Position numbers and translations under genes: made by a program. A DNA stretch of 64,000 bases from the NCBI GenBank assembly GCA_937625935.1, contig OW569381.1, positions 248,001-312,000 on the forward strand. The letters are read 5' to 3'. Positions 61,001 to 64,000 of the stretch are shown piece after piece; the first letter of the stretch is position 1; each line of letters starts with the position of its first letter. The notes beneath the pieces were generated by a model. That model ran no database searches. It saw only the letters and a program-made list of their open reading frames with translations, and was not told where the DNA came from. The DNA comes from Tetramitus jugosus. Taxonomy: Eukaryota > Protista > Heterolobosea.

Positions 61001-61663
61001 GACACTGCTACTACGACCGGCTCTACCTGGAGAATAAGGAGAAACAAGTGGAGTCAAAGGAGAAGAAGACAATGACGATGATAGAGACAATGGTGAGGAC
61101 TCCAAAGATATGACTCTACTGTGTCTTGATCTTGCCCTATCATGGTGATGATCATCATCATCTGTATCATTATTATTACTATCACGAATACGCTCCTTTT
61201 TATCATCGTCATCATCATGAATGGCACAATTTTCTTCACTCATGACTTCTTCTTCAACACGAGTAAGATCAATTACTTCTTCTTCTCCTTGTTCTTCTTC
61301 TGTTTTTAGGTTTTCTTCTTCTTCTTCTTCTAGTTCTTGCTGTTGTTGATGTTTTTGCTCAGTAATTATATCGAGATCCAATTTGAGGTCCTTGATGCAG
61401 TTTTGGCGCAAATTTTCAACGTGAATTGCTTGTGCGCTTTTAGTGGTTTGTTTTTGCAACAGTTGTTGTTGTTGATGTTGTTTCTGTGGAGTAGGATTGG
61501 ATTCAGTTTTTTCTGCTTTTTGTGGCTTATTGTCTGTCATTTTGGTTTGTGATGGTTGTGATGGTTGTTTAGAGGAGTCGGATGGAAAGTGATGGTGGTG
61601 GTTGGTTGAGATTGATTCTGCGTGATGAGTCGTTGTTTTCAATTCTGTTTCTTCAGCATCCAT
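58073..61663 (-). CDS. MORN-repeat + VPS9-domain Rab5 GEF (alsin-like C-terminal architecture)
   Basis: Multiple YxGxW/FxxxxxxGxG MORN repeats. VPS9 signature LGADDIFPVYLYVFIRA and SYRFTIFENAM. Confidence 0.9.
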   Translation of the reverse strand: MDAEETELKTTTHHAESISTNHHHHFPSDSSKQPSQPSQTKMTDNKPQKAEKTESNPTPQKQHQQQQLLQKQTTKSAQAIHVENLRQNCIKDLKLDLDIITEQKHQQQQELEEEEEENLKTEEEQGEEEVIDLTRVEEEVMSEENCAIHDDDDDKKERIRDSNNNDTDDDDHHHDRARSRHSRVISLESSPLSLSSSLSSSPLTPLVSPYSPGRAGRSSSVGSLSSSSSSSSNGCVSPPSANSHMSSASSGGGSGGSRRKSFLKRFRPRTPSEMEQVWSAANPYIVDMLNGASGTQVDEADVDVHLHQNASASASSSALPVEKSTSTTTTTTGSSIGVASPGNGSMIRVAKIRTIVYRDTSLYEGELGNGLSKHGKGTLNYANGDLYDGEFLDDMRNGSGTCRFSTVPILACTGHWSQDKPVEDKEAVVIYRNGDRYFGQIKADWSDTSGSFLSKAISSHSESQLIHFMAERGLNASNSTRVSSTPSALPHIQKHGRGEIHYNSGAKYYGQFVNDSLCGYGVMLFKGEANLEEKQYYGNWKDNQQEGFGVIVYKDGTVYEGEWKNGHKNGKGKLTLPNGDRIEGVWSYDNIKNASYKKGVIKSASRCSKILLRENVQEIEKRKESAKFHFCHIESSTLPESELMTKNKYRNFFASYAAEVKAERKRFAGSSTNLFIQHRRKRISEHSEPLSPISRKSIQDAIQTYLDESLYSKFVQSHYHKEEEHDDIDDVLNEMYNSNVLFRITQDFVHLFNWRYHQSFITCQSDAKIQLPNALDDLYSFFNEFKMTVTEVLGLDGVTIYGTNKLMYTIKNCITRRIYNTLFSIYKLCYEEQDVMYRFKFLSLCRINMEELGVESQFIPDQENNRLFKQPYNECINRLRQLSSGCFTAHDKYHQLVQTHKEVINAIDYNIMSKNMSASPTIKKQLDLGADDIFPVYLYVFIRAQLPNVYSEYMFMFDFMDEHVRSTEASYRFTIFENAMNFVQALDVNIRDEKGVLVPISQLESRLEKSILDMSIQFKRERKEMPRFLWMSSLFIVIGNYVSNETHNNTQKNKLREASKLVLDGNHHHVEMLAKYFDYAKIILQCVGVEVSKYAGPKRDNTKLLPSTKHPRIDVGGSRESAEWTNLPKTLFSHRKFDLTVPESPSTLLPHAGSHLELENPVFQLTFAQMYPSYVYFSLAKNVEKITESVSEYGTR

Positions 61664-62603
61664 TTCATCACGGTTGTTGTTGTTGTTTGGAATTTTCTCT
61701 CAACTTTTTTGTTTTGTTGGAATGGAAAGCGGATAAAGGCACACCTGGCATTGTTGTTCGACTCACATTTACTCAGAACACTGTTGAAATCATGGTCCTA
61801 ATTCCCTCGGACCATGATACTAGAGTTTGCAATGAACTATCGATTAATACATCACCAATCGGATGCTCGAATTTTGTGCAGACGTGTTGTGGTACCATCC
61901 GATTGGTGACAGTTGAAGAATCGAAGAACCGGTTCTGTAATTTTGCGCGAATTTTTCCACATGCAAACGTGTACAGTCACGTATCATTGTAAATACAATG
62001 AACAATCGGGTGTACTGTAATTATACCCAGATTTGCACAATGATGTGGAACGACCAAAGATTTCTCGGTTACTGTTTGTGTTGTTTCTCTCTCCACGGAG
62101 ACCGGCCTCTTTCTTGTTCTCTTGTATTCTACTTGTTCAATGTTGAATCCACTCTTTAAAGTAGCAGTGTTGTGCAAGTGTGTGATCAAGACTGTTAATG
62201 AATGAATTACTACCAGTTTCATTGCAACGTTTGTCATACTTTCAACCATTTGAGAGAACCGAATGTCATATTCTTCATTTCAATCCTGTTTCTCCAGGGT
62301 GCCAAATGGTTCAACCGGAAGTTCTTGTATCTCTTTTTGTCAAATCCCATCTCATAGATAGTGATGACAGAGTACTCGCTCATTCTGATACCATATCCTG
62401 AACAAATTCAGTGGTGTGGTGGAATGTGTCATTGAGTATCCTTGCGGACATGATCTTTCTGGACAGCAACAGTTCTGAATCGGTTGTATTTTGCTTTTCA
62501 CTTTTAAGGAAGAAAGAATAGAACCATCAATCGACCATTTCCAGATTCCTTTCGGCCCCGATATTTAACCCCGCTATCTCATTGTAACAACGCATTAAAA
62601 AAG

Positions 62604-64000
62604 ATGTTACGTCGAGCTTTCACAAGAAGCTCCTACTTTCGCCCTACCAAACGTTTCCAATCATCATCCTTTCCCAAGGAACCCACTAAATTGTCTTATA
62701 ACTCATCTATTTTATCTGCATCACCTTTGTTGGTCGAAGAATTGCGAAATCGTCTTGCTGATAATTTCTTTACAAGCTATCTTCTCAGTGAAACATTTGT
62801 TAGCAAAAGCCACATACAGATGTATGAAACCATCTTGAGTACTTGTGTTGCACTTTCAAGAGACAAATTCAAGGACGTTGTTGGAACATCATCACTTACA
62901 TTGATTGGTCCAAGAGGAATAGGAAAAACCACCACATTGAAGAATATGGTCCATCCAATCAGTATCTTATTTCCACAGATCATTCCAATTTATGTGAATT
63001 ATGTTGATATCTTAGCGAACAGGTACACACAGAGAACGCCCATACTCCAAATTGTTGCGGATCAACTAACTATACATGGTATCAAGGTCGAGGAAAATCA
63101 AGACGACACCTTTTATCCTCTACGTGAAGCGCTGCGGGAGTCTGGAAAGTATGTTTTGTTGATTGTAGACGAAATGGACAAACTCTATGAGGTACAACCA
63201 AAATATGACTGGTCAGAAAACTTGGCAGCAACACTGGGACAGCTAGCAAAGTTGGGTGACGACGACTCTGGACGTTTTGCAGTCACGCTTTGTGGTTCTT
63301 CTTCGAGACTCATGTCTCTTGTTACTGCTAATGGAAAGAGAGAACCGGAATGTGTTGAACAGTTCCCATTTGTGATCGACGCACCAAATTTGAATGGTAA
63401 CAAATACAGAGAGTACCAAATAAATGCAGCACCTCCAACGGACTTAACAACAGTAGCACAGCTCATTTATGGCAAGAAGGTAGATAGTAGCATTATTCGT
63501 GAGGTACGTGCTGTTGCCTTCGTTACAGGAGCAGTTGCCCGTGAAGTTTCGAGAATTAAGACATCACCAAGTTTTAATGAAGAACTCTTCGCACAATTTG
63601 AAGTGGAGTCAAGTGAAGCTGCTGCTCATACATTATCTAAAGCGGGTCCAATTTGGAGAGAGCTGCTTGATCTCTTGTACAAGAAGAATGCCAGTCTCAT
63701 GGGAGACTTGTTAAACCCAGATGGTTCTGTGAATTTCGAAACAGTTATGACAATTGATTGGGAGCAGAAGTTCGAGGCACTAGACTTGGCGGAGTTAAGT
63801 TCTTCTTGGAAGAAGAAAGATCCTGAAGAGACAAATCTTGAGCATTGGATATATTATCTTTATGATCGTAACTATATAACAATATCTGGAGTGTCAAATG
63901 GTAGACCCGACAAGTTGTATCCGTACTCATTGTTCATGTTAGCGAGACACAAGATGGATGAAGAGGTCAAAGCCAAAACCAGAGCATCCATGACCAAGCA
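62604..64000 (+). CDS. P-loop NTPase (AAA+/STAND-like) with a mitochondrial-presequence-like N-terminus; runs off the right edge
   Basis: Manually translated frame open from ATG 62604 to the window end (absent from the ORF track). MLRRAFTRSSYFRPTKRFQS, Walker A LIGPRGIGKTT, Walker B LLIVDEMD, downstream LCGSSS. Confidence 0.8.
   Translation, partial: MLRRAFTRSSYFRPTKRFQSSSFPKEPTKLSYNSSILSASPLLVEELRNRLADNFFTSYLLSETFVSKSHIQMYETILSTCVALSRDKFKDVVGTSSLTLIGPRGIGKTTTLKNMVHPISILFPQIIPIYVNYVDILANRYTQRTPILQIVADQLTIHGIKVEENQDDTFYPLREALRESGKYVLLIVDEMDKLYEVQPKYDWSENLAATLGQLAKLGDDDSGRFAVTLCGSSSRLMSLVTANGKREPECVEQFPFVIDAPNLNGNKYREYQINAAPPTDLTTVAQLIYGKKVDSSIIREVRAVAFVTGAVAREVSRIKTSPSFNEELFAQFEVESSEAAAHTLSKAGPIWRELLDLLYKKNASLMGDLLNPDGSVNFETVMTIDWEQKFEALDLAELSSSWKKKDPEETNLEHWIYYLYDRNYITISGVSNGRPDKLYPYSLFMLARHKMDEEVKAKTRASMTK

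Noticed and set aside
61700-62450. Short ORFs between the VPS9 gene and the NTPase
   Set aside because: No coherent gene model or motif. A short similarity to about 49448 (KRPxSVE) is too brief to be meaningful.

Overview
Gene-dense, AT-rich nuclear DNA from a unicellular eukaryote. It has short GT-AG introns (mostly GTATGT/GTAAGT/GTTAGT donors), CAA-rich 5' leaders and very short intergenic gaps. The gene set (Rab14, HPS3, LRRC45-like, CDK20, MCM9, hybrid histidine kinases) suggests a free-living, probably flagellated protist, possibly heterolobosean-like (inference only). About 25 protein-coding genes and two tRNA genes (Glu-CTC, Ser-GCT) can be supported. The standout feature is that BOTH tRNA genes carry, immediately upstream, a head-to-tail stack of about four 5'-truncated non-LTR retrotransposon 3' ends. 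They share an L1/Tx1-type C-x2-C-x8-H-x4-C C-terminus, CGCTC-TNC-GAGCG hairpins and a terminal CAAC..GTTG hairpin before an A-tail. All copies point their 5' ends at the tRNA. Target-site duplications of 14-16 bp place the insertions about 31-56 nt upstream of the tRNA, and they overlap so that insertion order can be read (newest nearest the tRNA). This looks like a tRNA-gene-targeted retrotransposon system analogous to Dictyostelium TRE5. Other notable proteins: a TUTase apparently fused to a degenerate Dis3/Dis3L2-like module, a pseudokinase-ATPase-GAF hybrid histidine kinase, a UDP-glucuronate epimerase fused to a GT-like domain, and a P-loop NTPase with a mitochondrial-like presequence that the ORF track missed. 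All family assignments come from motif recognition, not database searches.
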